A stretch of DNA of 64,000 bases, taken from Acanthaster planci. Taxonomy: Eukaryota. The position numbers were made by a program, and so were the translations under genes. Location of the stretch: positions 2,775,825-2,839,824 of the forward strand of contig NW_019091361.1 in the NCBI RefSeq assembly GCF_001949145.1, given 5' to 3'. Shown in pieces: positions 13,601 through 27,800 of this stretch (position 1 is the first letter of the stretch; each line of letters opens with the position of its first letter). The notes beneath the pieces are model-generated. The model was not told the origin of the DNA. It ran no database searches and worked only from the letters and a program-made list of their open reading frames with translations.

Positions 13601-16600
13601 TGCCCGACCCAACCTGAGGCCGTAATGGTAGTCGGTTGGTATAGAGTAATAACCGCAGAGTGAGTTGATCAGCTATTGTGAGGGTTGCTCCCAGTCGGGT
13701 CTCACGACGCAGCCGCTGGTCCAGTGACCCGAAATGTATTGCAGCAGCTGCCAAATTGACGTGAAATATGCACACTAAACTGTTCAGATCAGTCAGCCGT
13801 GGTTCAGATGCTCAGTAATCTTTTGAAAAAAAAAATCGTGTTCTCTAGCTATATATCTACCTTTCACAACCTCGTAAATATGAATATAGGGGGCCTACTG
13901 TAGCTTTATCAGCCTTCCTTGATTGGCACCGAACTTCAACGGTATCCAACCATGGAGCTATAAAAAGGACGAGAATAAAGCATATAGCCTTTTCCACAAC
14001 TGACCATAGTCTTAGTGAACTTGACCCAAACTACTTTACAAAAACGACGGGAAAAGGAGCGTTTCTCAGAAGTGTAGTTTTTCCTTTATGGCTTATTTTG
14101 TTTGCCTCCTTGAGCCGTGGCATCTCTTTGCGTAGCTCTCAACTTGTGACCGTCTTGCCCAGAAATCAACCGTCAATAATGTAAGGCTCTCTGTAATTTT
14201 GAAAACGGTAGGCCCTCTATCGTGTGTTAAGTACCTTTTATCACCTTAAATGTCGATGCCAAGCATAACACTTCTGCAAGTCCCGTGTTCCAGCTCGGTG
14301 GTGAGTCACTACATCCCGGTATCCACTGAGATGGACCGAGAACTGAATTCCGCGGCCATTTTGATTTTTGGGAAGGGGCAAAAATTGCCAATGCTGGCCT
14401 TCCTGAAGCGTGGGCCCACGTCTTTGGGGCGTTTTACACATTTATGCAGGAAAAATTTGTCTTTTCTTTGTATCTGAAAATGGTGAGGGCATAGACCTGC
14501 CTCGCCCTTCCGAGAGCAGAGCAAAGACAGGAGAAGACAGGTTGGATTATGCCCTCCGTAAAAAAACCCAAACAAACAAACATGACAGAGATGAGCAGAG
14601 CTCGACAGTGGCTGGAACAAGATAAAATCTGGGTAGGGAATGTTGCCACAAGATAGGTGAGCAACAAAGATAAACATCATGGATGCCGCAGCAGATATCA
14701 AGGAGGAAGGGAGACTGGTACATAATGACAGCAAACGGGAGTAAAACGAAGAAAACTAGACGAATGGGGGGCTGAGTATGGCAACAAGACACTCGGGGCC
14801 GGACAGAGACAAACGACGAAACATAGGGTTGGAAAACATGAAGAGAAGAAGACAGAGCTGAGTAGTATAACACAAGAAGAGCGATAGAGCATGGAGGCCT
14901 GGTTGAGACTGAAACAAAGCAAAACTTAAAAATTTAATACCAAGTTATTCACGGCAAAGTAACGCGGCGTTTACACTGTACAAGCTTGTACATGTACACG
15001 TAACACATATACTGGAGCAGTGTGGTACCGCAAAATGGCTCGGTGTTCTTGACAAAGAGAACGACTGACTTTAATGTCATCGATGAATAGGCAATGCATG
15101 AAAAGGGGATGTTTTTTCCCTGAGGGAAATATGATGTTCACACAGGTTATATAAACACAAAAACGAATGCATACATTATACGTAAAGGGACATTCCAAAA
15201 AGCTAAATAGCTTAGAGGCAGACGCCACGGGAGCAAAAGGCGGCACACTATTGAATCACGGGTACACAAAAGGCGACAGAACAAGCCCCCCCGATCCAAT
15301 TTTTATTTATCTATTTTTTTTGAGTGATTGTAAGCACTAACCACTGATCTCTATGGCACTAACGCTCGATCTGCATGGCTGACCATGGGGTGTATTCGAA
15401 AAAGCCATTTTCCTCTTTCATCCAGCACACTAAATGGCCGACAATAAATAGCCACTCAGTGCTGAGCGTGCCTGGAGATCGCAGCTGCCTTCTCATGATC
15501 GCGGAAACAAGGTCACTGCTGCAACTGTTCATTTCTAAACCGTGCAGTGCCTTTTCAAGTCGTAAGAGATATAAACGATGAAGAGCAAGCTTAAATGAAT
15601 GCTGCTCATCTACCACCGAACACTCTTCGGGGAATAATATTTTTGCCGGAAAAAACAGTGTCTGCTCTTCAGTTCTGTCCTCTTGAATGTTACAATTCAT
15701 ATGCAACGAATTTCCTGATAGAGTTATCACAGAAAGGTTTTACTTTAAATAGGTCCAAAATTGCCTGCTCGGACTGAATCGCGATATTTAGTCAAATATC
15801 TGCTATTAGAGCATTGCGTGGCACGTGGACTGGGTGGTTTGTTAATTAAAAAGGTGGATGAAATCCCGGGGCAGGACTGTAAGCTTGTATGTCTGAGAGT
15901 ATCGGACCGAAAGGGGCCCTCCAAATTGCTCTATTTTGCAATGGAGTGTATAGGCATCAATTTTCACTTGAATGTTTTGAGGGGTGATTTTCTCTGGAGA
16001 GAAATATCTTCAAAAGACATCGGTAAAGCCACTTAAAATTGAAAGGAAAATAAAAGATGGGGACGTGAGCTTTAATTTGATTTGTGTCTTGAACACCTAA
16101 GAAACTTGTGAGTGTATTTCATGATTTTTTTCAAGTGGGGACATATTTAACACTGTTATCTATGGCAGCTTATTTACTGGTCCATACCCTTAAAAGGTCT
16201 CGTTCTGTTCTATAGCCCTTTTGGTAGCTACGACGTGGCTACAAAATGGCCGTGGTAGTGCATGCAGTGGATAACACACTTCCAGTGCTGTACATAAAGA
16301 GCTATACATATCTCTATGGATAGAGTGAACAAATTCAAGCCCCATTGAAAACAGTGCAAACTCAACACAGTTTAGGGCTCAATAACATGCAAGCCGACAT
16401 CACTGGAGTTGCTCAACCAAAAATTAAATCATTGTCTTAACCCCAGTCATTCCATTAAAAAAAGTTTGGGGGGGGGTTAGCCGATTACATTTGTAATTAT
16501 TCACGCAAAACAAACCCACCCCTCAAAAACTGATAGTTTATAAATCCTCTTCGTAGCCAGTTTCAGATGGCTTCCCTCTACCTTGTCGGGAACTGAGGAC

Positions 16601-17688
16601 AGTTTTCCATCCGTAATTTTAGTATCAATTCTTCCTTTGGATGGAATGCCGAAATCCATGCAGGCAGTTGATCATGGCCATATTTACACAATCTCTCTAT
16701 TTTTATTATTTTTTTTGGCAAAACAATCTCCTTTTTCAAAAGAAATTGGGGGCACGTTTTATGCTGTAAATGAGCTGAGCAGAAATTTTCACTTGAATTA
16801 GTTCACTGCACCTTGATAAACAGCTCTGCACATACCAGGACATGAGCGCCCCCAACAGAAAAATTAAGATAAAATTGTACCTTCAGCGCTCTCAAAAACA
16901 ATTTCATTTATAAGAATCTCACCGTTGATGGCGCTGTCGAAGGACAATGATTGTAACATGTCCCCACAAACGATCGTAACAACTTTTTTATTTTCTTTCT
17001 TCGTTAGATGATTGGGAACCATGCCGATTGGTCACCTGTAGGTTTATAGCTGTCCTACTCTCTCCCTTTTGGACGATAATTCTCCATCATGCCAGAGGGA
17101 AAACCTTCGAAGACAAAATTTGAGTTTGTCGTTTTAAAGGCCCTAATATAATGTGCTTCAGAGATATTATCTCGCACAAATGATGAGACTAAATACATTT
17201 TTTTTATGGCATGCATTAAAATTCTCTGATGTCATCAAAACAGCAATCGATATCATTCGATCACCCCAGTAGGTCCCTTGTAGTTTTCTTTTCATTTTTG
17301 GTGCTGAGAAATGACATTTTAGCAATTTTCATCTGGCCGGAGATTTTTTTAAATTAATGTCTCATTTTGCGGGACAATTGGAAATGATAATGAAACATTA
17401 TAAACGACATACATTGTTTACAATGGTATAAGTGCACTTGCTTAAGTTATTTTTTGTATTATTTTCCCCATTTTAACCCTGTTTTGGTCTCAGACTAGGG
17501 GTGGGGGGATTTCGACCCCCCCCCCTGAATCTGCACCTGCTCTTTTTATGACCAAGAGCATCCGTTGAAATGCAAGGAACAGTCAGACGAAATTCATCAT
17601 TTTTTAGCTTCAATATAAATATCTTTCTATTGAATGTAAAAACTTTCTGTGATAACACCAAAATACAGAAAACTCAACATTTCCTTAG

Positions 17689-17728
17689 TGCATCTGATGA
17701 AGTAGTTGTTGCTACGAAAGCTTATGCA
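17689..17728 (+). ncRNA. Minimal type I hammerhead ribozyme (Penelope-like element terminal-repeat relic, extends to ~17780)
   Basis: TGCAT-CTGATGA-A-GTAG(ttgttg)CTAC-GAAA-GC-TT-ATGCA: stem I, catalytic boxes, stem II, palindromic AGCT stem III. Confidence 0.65.
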
Positions 17729-18747
17729 GTATTTTATATTTAGTTAGTCTATAAAGTGCTATCCCAAATCGTCTACTGTTAGATAATTACTGAAGTTGTC
17801 ATTTCACCAAAACCTTGATAGGAGGTGGGCAATGTAATTGGCTGCCATTATTATTGAGTCGCAAACATTATTACATGGATCAAGTGCACTAGTACCTGCC
17901 AAGCCTTGCATATCGTTGACCGTTAACGATGCACAACGCCCACTGCATGTAATTCAGCATAATATATCGCTCTTCCTCCCCTATATACTGCCCATTCAAA
18001 TTTCTTCAGATCTGTGACATTATATCATTCCTCGTTAGAGGTCCTTTGAACAGTAATTCGTCATTACACAGGTCATTAACACTGCACTTCTATGTGCGCG
18101 TTTCAGGTGCGCGCTGTGTGCGTTGAAGTTCAAGCCAAAAACAAACAACCCAACAAACAAACACCCCAACCCCCCATCCCCCACCCCCACCCCCCCAAAA
18201 AACAGTGACAAAGTATTTTGTCCCGCACGCGCACATGCATGTAAAAAGCTGTCAATGCTTCGGTACCAATTCTCTGTAGCTCAGAGAGAGTCTATTTACT
18301 CTTCAAGGTTGGTTTTTCGCTATTGGCCGTGGTGAAAAAAAAACACACACAAAAGAGGAGAAAACGTCACTGTAAAAAAATTGCAAAATCACTCAGAATT
18401 AATTTAAGGGGGCGGCCCTAATCGCTCACAAAGAGTGTTTTCCACCCTGTTGCATTTAGGGACAACGCGGTAAATAACCCAGCATGTTTTGAACAGCTGT
18501 AGCTAGCTATTGACGTGCCTCCTTCACAAAATAAAGTTTAAAGGAATTTGTCCATACGTACACCTTGTAAGGAGCTTTCTTGATGAGTTCTATCACGATA
18601 CCGTGGTCACACCTCTCGACATCTTTGACGTCTGTTTTGACAGTGACGTCCCATTTCTATATGTGTTTACTAGAAAAAGATCTCTAAGATCAGTGTTGAC
18701 CTGCAGCCAACACCTCACCGCGTGAGCCCATCCAAATTACTTTTACA

Positions 18748-19163
18748 ACACACATTTCTGCCTCTCTCTACGCGACGCAACTGCACGACGCGGCGGCACG
18801 ACGGTTCCCTTTCATCGCGCCGTCGCCTTTTTGCCTTACGTTTGTACACGTCGTGCGTCGCGTCGTGCCGTTGCCCGTCACGTCGTGCTGTCTTACGTCT
18901 TTTCCATTTTGCATATTTTTCTGCCTAAACGTCGCTCCTTTCGTCGTCCGTCGTGTCACACCGTCGTGCGTGGAGTCGCTCATTACGTCGCCTGAAGCAC
19001 GACGCGGCGCACGACGACACAACGCGCGACGAGACGCCGCAGACCGTCGCGTCGTGTATGTACAAAAGTAATGGCAAGAAAGCGATGGTGCGATGCAAGG
19101 GAGCCATCGTACCGTGTAGTTGCGTCACCTAGAGAGCGGCTGGAGAGAGACAGAAATGTGTGT
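18748..19163. mobile_element. CpG-rich foldback MITE
   Basis: Long imperfect inverted arms ACACACATTTCTG...TTTGTACA / TGTACAAA...CAGAAATGTGTGT, with internal CGTCG/CGACG repeats. Confidence 0.7.
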
Positions 19164-20949
19164 CGAAAGGAATTCATTCGCACCGATCTTTCTTCGTGTT
19201 ACTACCACACTATTATCAGGGTCACTCCATCATAGGTTTGGCATCCTGTTTTTTCCTGTCCCTGTTACATCTTGCGAGTGATTTCTATTTAATTTCCAAG
19301 ACTGAATAAGGTTAGTGTTGCAAATTACCTACCAAACAGATGAAAATAGTTTCAGTATATCCCTTGCCATAGTACACGTCAGGCGTAACAGGGACAGAAA
19401 AATGTCACATGTCCCATCGGGGATGCCCCGTTCGCTTTGACGACAGGCTGAGCATCCACCAGTGGCAATTATGTGCACGTTTCCGAATTACATATGCTGT
19501 ACACTGATGGTATGTCCTGGAAGTTCATCCTTGGCATACTAAATTGAAGCATTTTGAACCCTTAAGGGTTGCAAAGCTGGGAAATGATTGTTGAAAGCCT
19601 CGAGCTAAAGATCATCCACTCTGCAATGCTGCATAGGAAAAACGACAATGGACTCAAACAGGATCACGGAGCAGAGTGTTTTTACTTCAAGCACGAAGCT
19701 CATGAGTAATTTGGTAGGCCTACTCTTTGATAATGCACAGTAAACGAATTACGCGCCTGGCTCTGACTATATTTGTATCACATTGAAGCACTTGCACGGA
19801 AGTCGTTGGCCTCGCAAACATGTCAAGGATTATTTCGATCGATACAATATTGAATGAGATTAACCAATCTACGATAAACAGAAGGGTCGAACGAGTACTG
19901 GATCAATTTCTTTGCATGGTTGAACACAAGCAACAGCGTAGGAATCCTATCATAGTTCTGATTGCCAGCCCATGCACTGCATGCATATATGGCTGAAGAA
20001 GTGGCTTTGTGATGCTGAAAAAGGGGGTGGGGTTCGGTTCAGTGACCGGTATTTCATGAGACCAAAAGAAGGTTTTCATTAGGGCTTTGTATTACTCGCG
20101 CGGTTGCTGTAAAGTTTCGCCCGTCGCCCAGCACCCGAACAGGGTACTGGGAAGGACTGATGGCTTTGCACTGTGATTGGCTACATTGTGCACGACCTGT
20201 GACCGCGAGGTTATCACTTCCTGTTGGCGAAAAAGTGTATAGGCTGAACGATAAAACCTTGGGCCTTGGTACAATCACAGTGAGTTAATTTATCTTCTCA
20301 CTAAGTATCACTGATCTTTTGGCGATATATTTCAAATCATTGGTTTTCTTGATCAAATTTGGATGGTTAAAGTAGCAACAACAACTTCTCTTAACCTTAT
20401 CATCTGGTTTTAAACATTACGGCTCCATCATGCCGATCGTCCTATTGACGCACTGAAGGCTGAATGAATTTCTTTAAACTTGGCCCGCTGCTTGGATATG
20501 TAGAGTCATAGAAGTCATTGAAATCGAGTAACTGATGCTCACTCTAGTCAGTGACAGACATATGACTTGTCTGGCACTGATCTGGGTTTGATACAGGCAC
20601 AGTCTGAACACTCGTTCATTTGCAGTGACGTCATTGTCTGTCTATATAAAGTTCTACCAATCCAGGCCTGCCGAAAGAGCATGCACCTTGCATGGTCAGA
20701 TGCTCTTCTTTGGCAGGCAGGTTCCGTTTTCCCCAATTTGTCTTATTTCTGCGTGGGTGATCCGTCAAGCCACAAGTCCGCAGGGGCCTATGCATGAACT
20801 GAAACGAAGAAACAGTTCTTCCGGACATCGAACTTGATCTGAATGACAAAATGGGAAATTTTGTGTTCTGTGTAATCTTCAACTCTCTGCTCTTTTATTT
20901 TTTTTTACAAGAGTAAAAGTAGAGAAAACCATAGAAATGTGCAATTTGT

Positions 20950-20987
20950 ACAAACAAACAAACAAACAAACAAACAAACAAACAAAC
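20950..20987. repeat. (CAAA)n microsatellite
   Basis: ~9 perfect CAAA units about 500 bp upstream of the lamin ATG. Confidence 0.9.
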
Positions 20988-21229
20988 GGTTATACACAAA
21001 ATAGCGAGACGCTCATGTCTTGTGTTGACACTGCTAAGAGGGCAATATCTCATGTAAAACATAAAACCCTTCTAGACGTAAATAAAGGGACCGTTTTGCT
21101 TGTAAGCGAACCACATTCCTGTTGCCTTTCACTGTCTGCGGTTTTGTTTCATGCGGTTGAGCTGGGTCCCTATCGTATCTCTTAAAGCATCAGTGATCTT
21201 TTGGTCTGGAAACCAGACTATTGTGTGGT

Positions 21230-21482
21230 TAGTGCGCCGCACGCGGCAGGCTGACGGTTTTCTCCACTTAACTGCAAATTTGGCGGTTGTGTCTGCAGTT
21301 TCATACCACGTGATCCCAAAAGGCCACGCGAATCTGACTTCCGGCTCGTTCAGTGTTGTTTGCTGCATGTACCGCGCGCCGCGTGTGTGGACCTCACGTT
21401 CGTACGTAATAGGCTACCCAGTTGCAGCTACCTGCGAGGAGAAGCGTCGTACTCGTTAAAGCTAGCCGTTTTCACCGAAAAA
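21230..21482 (+). promoter_or_regulatory. Probable lamin proximal promoter/5' UTR
   Basis: CpG-enriched stretch just 5' of the ATG with an E-box (CCACGTGA, ~21307) and an ETS-like ACTTCCGG (~21337); TSS cannot be determined. Confidence 0.4.
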
Positions 21483-21871
21483 ATGTCGACTCCTGTCATG
21501 AGCCAGAGGACCAGCACACGGTCCAGCAAGACCGTCAAACATGTCGTTAGTAGTAGTAGCAGTCGGTCTTCCCCAAGGAGCCCAACGGCTATCAGCCGGA
21601 CCCAGGAGAAAGAGGAGCTCATGGATCTGAACGACCGCCTTGCTATCTACATCGACAAGGTCCGCTCCTTGGAGTCAGACAACAGCAGGCTGATGATGCA
21701 GATCTCAACCGTGGAGGAGACCCAGATGCAGGAGATCGCCAATCTGAAGTACATGTACGAGAAGGAACTGGCGGACATGAGGAAGTTGCTGGACGACACG
21801 GCGAAAGATAAGGCCAGGCTGCAGATCGAACTCGGCAAGCAGAGGAACGAGTTGGACGACATGAAACCTAG
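21483..21871 (+). CDS. LMNB: Lamin exon 1 (head, coil 1A, start of 1B)
   Basis: ATG at 21483 (MSTPVMSQ...), [16 protein letters not shown]; donor AG|GTAAGA, phase 2. Confidence 0.95.
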
Positions 21872-24800
21872 GTAAGAATTTGTAAGCGGTTTTTTTGCTA
21901 GGCCTATAGTATAGGTCCAGCAGTAGCTAGTTTAGGCAGGCTGTAGGGCTTAGCTCTATTGTTTTGGTCACATATTTAGGGGGAAGGCCCTATGTACGGT
22001 AACTTAATTCTGACTGAATTAGGCCTAATGGAAAAAAATCCATATTGTTCGGCCATCAAAATTTTCGGGTGTCATAAGCTGTGTTTACGTAGGACGGTGC
22101 TGTGGGGTTTGTCATGGTCAGGCCCACCGCACCCCCCAGATGGGCATGATGGGAAAGCGGTGGGAGTAGCCCATAGCTCTAACTGTGGGGTCCGGGAGCG
22201 GGGCAGACAACGGACCCTACAGTTCTGGGCCTACTCTAGGCTTGCATTAGTGTTTGCAATAGGCAAAGAATTTCAAAAAGTTACATTGTAGATATTGTTC
22301 TGATTATCCCTATAATCTGACACCAGATGTGGCTTCACTTTGGACATTTCCTTGTACGCCCATGTTGCTAGTGCTAGTACATGTATGAACAGTACTGTGT
22401 TGGCTCGAGTATGGAGCTACGGTATATGGCTCGAGCAAGAGAAATAACAGAGGTCGTGGGAATATGGCCTACCCTGACCCATTCATGTGATCAAAATGTA
22501 AGATTTGAAGTGGAAGGTAAAACCGTGGAGCTATGGTAAAAGTTTACTAACAGCCAACGTTCCACAGTCGATAAATATAACAGTTCATCAGCCATCTGCA
22601 TTGGATTTAATTTTGTGAAATTGACAGCAGTCTCTGTGAGTTTTACCATAGAGCAAGGAACAGTTATTTTTACCAAGAAATGAAAAATCATATGCGAACA
22701 CAGCTATTTAAATATTACGGCAAGGTTGCCCTAAGGTTCATGTTACTAAACCCTATTTCCTCCAAATTTCACCTTTTTAAAGTAAATTTGTTAGTGTTTG
22801 ACACAAAAATTGTGATATCCCAATATGGAAATTAAATTCCTCATTGATGCAATTTTCTGGTGTTGTTTACTGATTCCAATGTGCTTTTGCGTGTTTAGGG
22901 CCTACCATGTTTTATATCGGCACAGAAACTGAACATGCACTGTGATTTTTTTTCTGAACTTCAAATTTCTTTAATTTACCATGATGAATGTAGTTTTGTT
23001 CTGTGCTTATATTTTGCTGTGTTTAAAGATAATAGTAATTAATATTCGGAAAAAACAGTCATTTCTTTGTAGAATTACATGTTCTATCGTTGTAGTTTAT
23101 ATATTGCTGAAATCTCTACAGTTCTATGCTGAATCATGGAAATTAAGTCTTGTTATTAAAGGCCTACTTATGGACAACATTTTAACTTGCTTGAATTTTC
23201 CCAAACTCAAGATTTGCCCCTTTTTGAGGAGATGCAAATTTGTATTGTCATATATATATATGGAGGAAATGAAACGTAAATTCAGGTTTGGACTGAAAGA
23301 AGACAAATTATTTGCTTAGCAAGCCGTTTTGAAAGTGTACCCCGGAGTGTATTGTTTCAGTACTTCACGTTTTGCTTAAAATGATTTCTGGAATTGGAGC
23401 AGTGCTAACCACAATGCATGCTGCCAGCCATCTGTAGTCTAGCCCACATGTACAATGTACAGTACAGTATACATGTACTGTACATGTACCATCTACCCAC
23501 GCTATCTCCAAGGTCATCCACGAGTGTTCTGCACACAGGTGGGTACCCACATCACAAGGGGTGCACAGGCCGGTTTTTCAAATGGGCTAGTTTTTCCTAT
23601 TGAAGCATTCAGTTGTGAATAATAAGGCTCCCAAGCATCAATAGTTTCCCGGGAAGTTACAATGAAACCTCGTAAGCGTTAGCGTCAGCGTCAGCATGGT
23701 ACCTGGATTTGTGGTTGGCATGGGTGACTTTGTCATTAAAGCTCAGTGAGGATTTAAGTGCCTTTGCTACAGCAACAAAATGAATACTATGTAATTGTAA
23801 ACTGTACGCTGGGTGGGACAACACTTCTGTGTGCAGACTAGTTTGGGCTTGCGTGAAGAGCCCCCCCCATTGTGGTGGCCCCCTTTGGAAACTTAGGATT
23901 AAACATCTGTACGTCAGGATCTGCCATCTTTCCAATAGTGGAGTAATTATTGGGACTTCTTTATAGCTGTTCACATTGCACTGGACCATTTAGAATTAGC
24001 ATTGCAGAATTCGTCAGTAGTTTGTACAGTTACGAAAGTTCACTGCATGTTACAATTGGACAGAAACACTGATGTGGAGAGATTCCCCGTTTCATTTATG
24101 GTTTGAAACCACTACTCTTTCATTTAAATTTTCTCTGTTTTCAGTCACTTCTATTAAATTTCTGATACAGACGTCTGAAAAAAAATTTCATGTCAAATAG
24201 TTAAATAACTGTTCAGGAAAGACAAGGACAGAAGAATCCAAGAAAGGCAAGATGTAAATCATATCAGACTATTTGTTATAAATCTTATTCGAGAGCAACA
24301 TTACATAAATGTATATGCACTGCCAAACATTGGGGCAACAGTGATTTTCAAGGAATCTACATTAAAAAACTAACAACTTTTCTACCGCTCTCATGGTTGA
24401 TTAAATCAAAAAGACGGGCGTAAATTTATTTTTATTTGAGTGCATGTCCAAACTGATATAATTGAATAAAACCTTGTTTTGTCTGTCAGGCTGTATTTAA
24501 ATGAAGCTTCAGAGCCTGCATGAAAAAAAAAAATTAATTCCATGGGATTGTAAACTTGATGCGGACTAAAATGTGGACACCAGTGCCTGTAATTTTGGAG
24601 GATTTTGGGAAAGTATTCGCTTTTTGTAGAATCACGTGGGAATGGCATCATTGCAGCTTTTGAAATGTTGTCCGGTCCCATGGTATAAGAAACAGACACA
24701 GCACCCCCAAAATTGCTAAGCAACATAAACAGAAATCACTGAACCGACTATGTCTATTGTGTCAAGTTGCCAGATTGAGGCTGGGCATGCCTATGGCGGC

Positions 24801-27800
24801 ATCGTGCAAAGAGCGAACTGTCGGAGTGTAGGCCCAATATTCTTGTGTTGAACGACATGTACGGGACATGAATATCTTTGTGAATAGATTTTGCTGAAAT
24901 CATGTGTAATCATGAATAAGACTGGTTCACTGTCTTTCTTCCTCTTGATACATCCTTGATGTATCCTCTGATACTTACAGATTTGGGCAATTTACTCACA
25001 TACGATACGTAACGTTAAATGCAAGTTCACATACATGCACATCGTGTGAAAACATGGTGCGTTTAATGCATTGTGATGTAAAAAACAATTCAGCCGTCGG
25101 TCCCCATTCAGATTGTTTCATTTTCACAAAACATGGCATGGGCAGACAATTTGTCGATATTTCCTGCAATTAGTGCAAAATGCTCAAACTCTTGTTTTGC
25201 CGTAACATGAGTGTTGGCAAATGTGCCGTGTCATAATTGTGACCTTGGCCCATGGACTGTCTCTCCTTAATTAATAATTAAGTTGTATATACTCATCACT
25301 CAAAAATAAATGATAGGGGTGCGAAATACAAAACATGATTTCTTTGTTCATGTGTCAAAACTACATGTAAATACATGTATATGTACAGTTTGCGCGGACA
25401 TGTTACATCCTGCTTCGTTCAAGCAAGATACCATACACAATGTGTATGAATGCCCTGCCTTTTGTGTTCAGAGTGGACCATCCCCGTTTTGCATGTTACA
25501 TACGTCAGCTTCCTTAGGAAGTAGGTTAAACTTTTTCATGGGCCACTTCCAGATCTATTTAAGGTCAGGAGGCATCAATGAGCATGTGGCTGGTTGGATA
25601 AAAGACAAGGGAAGTGATGTCATCGGCGGTGCTTGTGTTTTTTCTTTGAATGAGCTTGTCACCTCTGGAGTAATTTAACACCTACGTAGTGTATGTATTT
25701 GTGCCATAGTGTCAAATGAAGTGACATAACAAAAATGCACTATGCACACTGCAAAATGCACAGGTACAAGTTCTCTTTGTTTAACTTCTGTGTAGCCTAG
25801 CCTCAGGGACCAAACCTGTTTTGCCCAGGTTGTTTTGCCAAATCGGTGAAAACATTAATATCGCTGCATTCATTTCAACAATGGTTTGGAAGGTAAACTG
25901 CCTGTAACCAAAATAAAGTGCTGTTGCGAAAATTACATGACCCTCTTAGTCAAATACAAGCTGGATACATGCCGAAATTCCCAACAGGGTGTGAAAAGGC
26001 ATTCCGATGCACTGAACTGCAGCAGTGTGGTACTTTTGTAATGATTTACAAGCATGGATTTACAATTTGATTTCAGTCTTAGATCAAAGAGCACTCTTCC
26101 AGTGTCCCCTAAACAGTACCGGTAGTTCTTTATTGCTTTATGTGATTAAAACATTCACTTGTAAAACGTGGTCTCTCCTGCCATGCTACCAGCCACGTGG
26201 TTCCACGTACATGTACATGTACAGCACACACCACACACACACAGCTACATGGAACTAGGGAGTGGCACTTGCCAACTACTATAGGACACCCTTGACATTT
26301 GAACTCCTGGTCGGGCGCATTCCAGTCTGGCAGACTTTTTTGCACTCACAAGTCAATGAATGAGTGAAGGACAGGGCAATTGACAGTGATGGAGTCCTGA
26401 TGAGGTTGATTGATTATTTTATTTGATTGAACTGAACCTAAATCATGCAGGAATAAAACAACAGTGTGCAGTGTTAAAAGACTGACTTTCTGTAAACCTT
26501 TGTCACTGCAAAACAATTGAATGACATGACTTACTATTATTCAACTAGGTGTACATGTGTGACTGATTAACGTTTTAGCTTGACAGTACAAGGTTGGCAG
26601 TTTCTAACCAACTTTAAAAGTATAAATAACATGATTGAATTGTTCTCAATTTGTGCAAAACTAGACTTTCTGGACCAAAATGAAATTCTGTTAATCAAGC
26701 TAGATTTGTGGATACATGTTCTTTGTTTTGTATATAAATAATTTGTGGAAGTCAGGATACGCTAACGATACACTAATACAAACTAATAAATCACATACAT
26801 CATTTCTGAGACTTTGACCTTTATTGGAACTTGGAAGGAGTGTCCCCCTCCCTGTAAATGATCACATCCCAAAGATAAAACTACTTGGTAACACTTTGGC
26901 CAGAATGGCCTTCATTCTGCTGTAGAAAATCAATCATTCATGCTGCATACATGTGTGTGGCCCAGTTTGATCAACTGAAGTTGGTCAGTCACTGGGTCTA
27001 CTACCAGGGAAGATTGGTCAGGGGTCAGCATGTGGTCACTGATCATACTTGGGCAGTGTATCTGGTACATGTACTGTACATGCAGGTACATTTAGACCGA
27101 GATCAGAGAGGGCAGTACAAGTAGCAGGGTTTTAGAGCTGTGCCGAATATCTGAATATTTGATTGATTATCGAATATTTGAATATTATTTTCCAAATTTG
27201 AATATTCAAATGCAAAAGTCATGAAAAGGAAGGGAGAATTTTCTGTTTTTAAATGAGAAAAATTGCACTGCAGAGGCTTGTTTCAAGCAGCAAAATCTTA
27301 CGACGACTCAAAAAGTAAATTATTCATTACAAAATTTCAAAGGAATAGAAATCTTTAACATGGTAAGAAGTATTTTTATCTCTTAAATCGTGGCTGGAGA
27401 TACTCCAGGGTGTGAGAAGCTATTATAGTGGTTATAATGTACCATTGAAATTCATCTTTTTCAAAATATCTAAGTCGTTTTGCATTTTTCTTCCATCTTT
27501 GTCAATTTTACACATGTAAGTGTGAGCTGGTGAAACTCATCAGAAAAGCTCGAGATCGTCCTAAAGTCAGTGAGATGGGCTGTGCCACAGTTGAATAGGC
27601 AGGGGAAAACCTGGGTAGCAGCCATTATCAGGAGAACAGACAGTTTTCTCAATTTACACATGACATGGAAGTTTTCAAGGAATTTTGCAGGTCGAGACCG
27701 AGACCAGGACATCCGAGGCAGAGACCAACCAGAAACCAATGTTTAGTTTTTACCAAAAGGTAAATAGGGACAAACATATGGCAGTACAATTAAGTATAAA

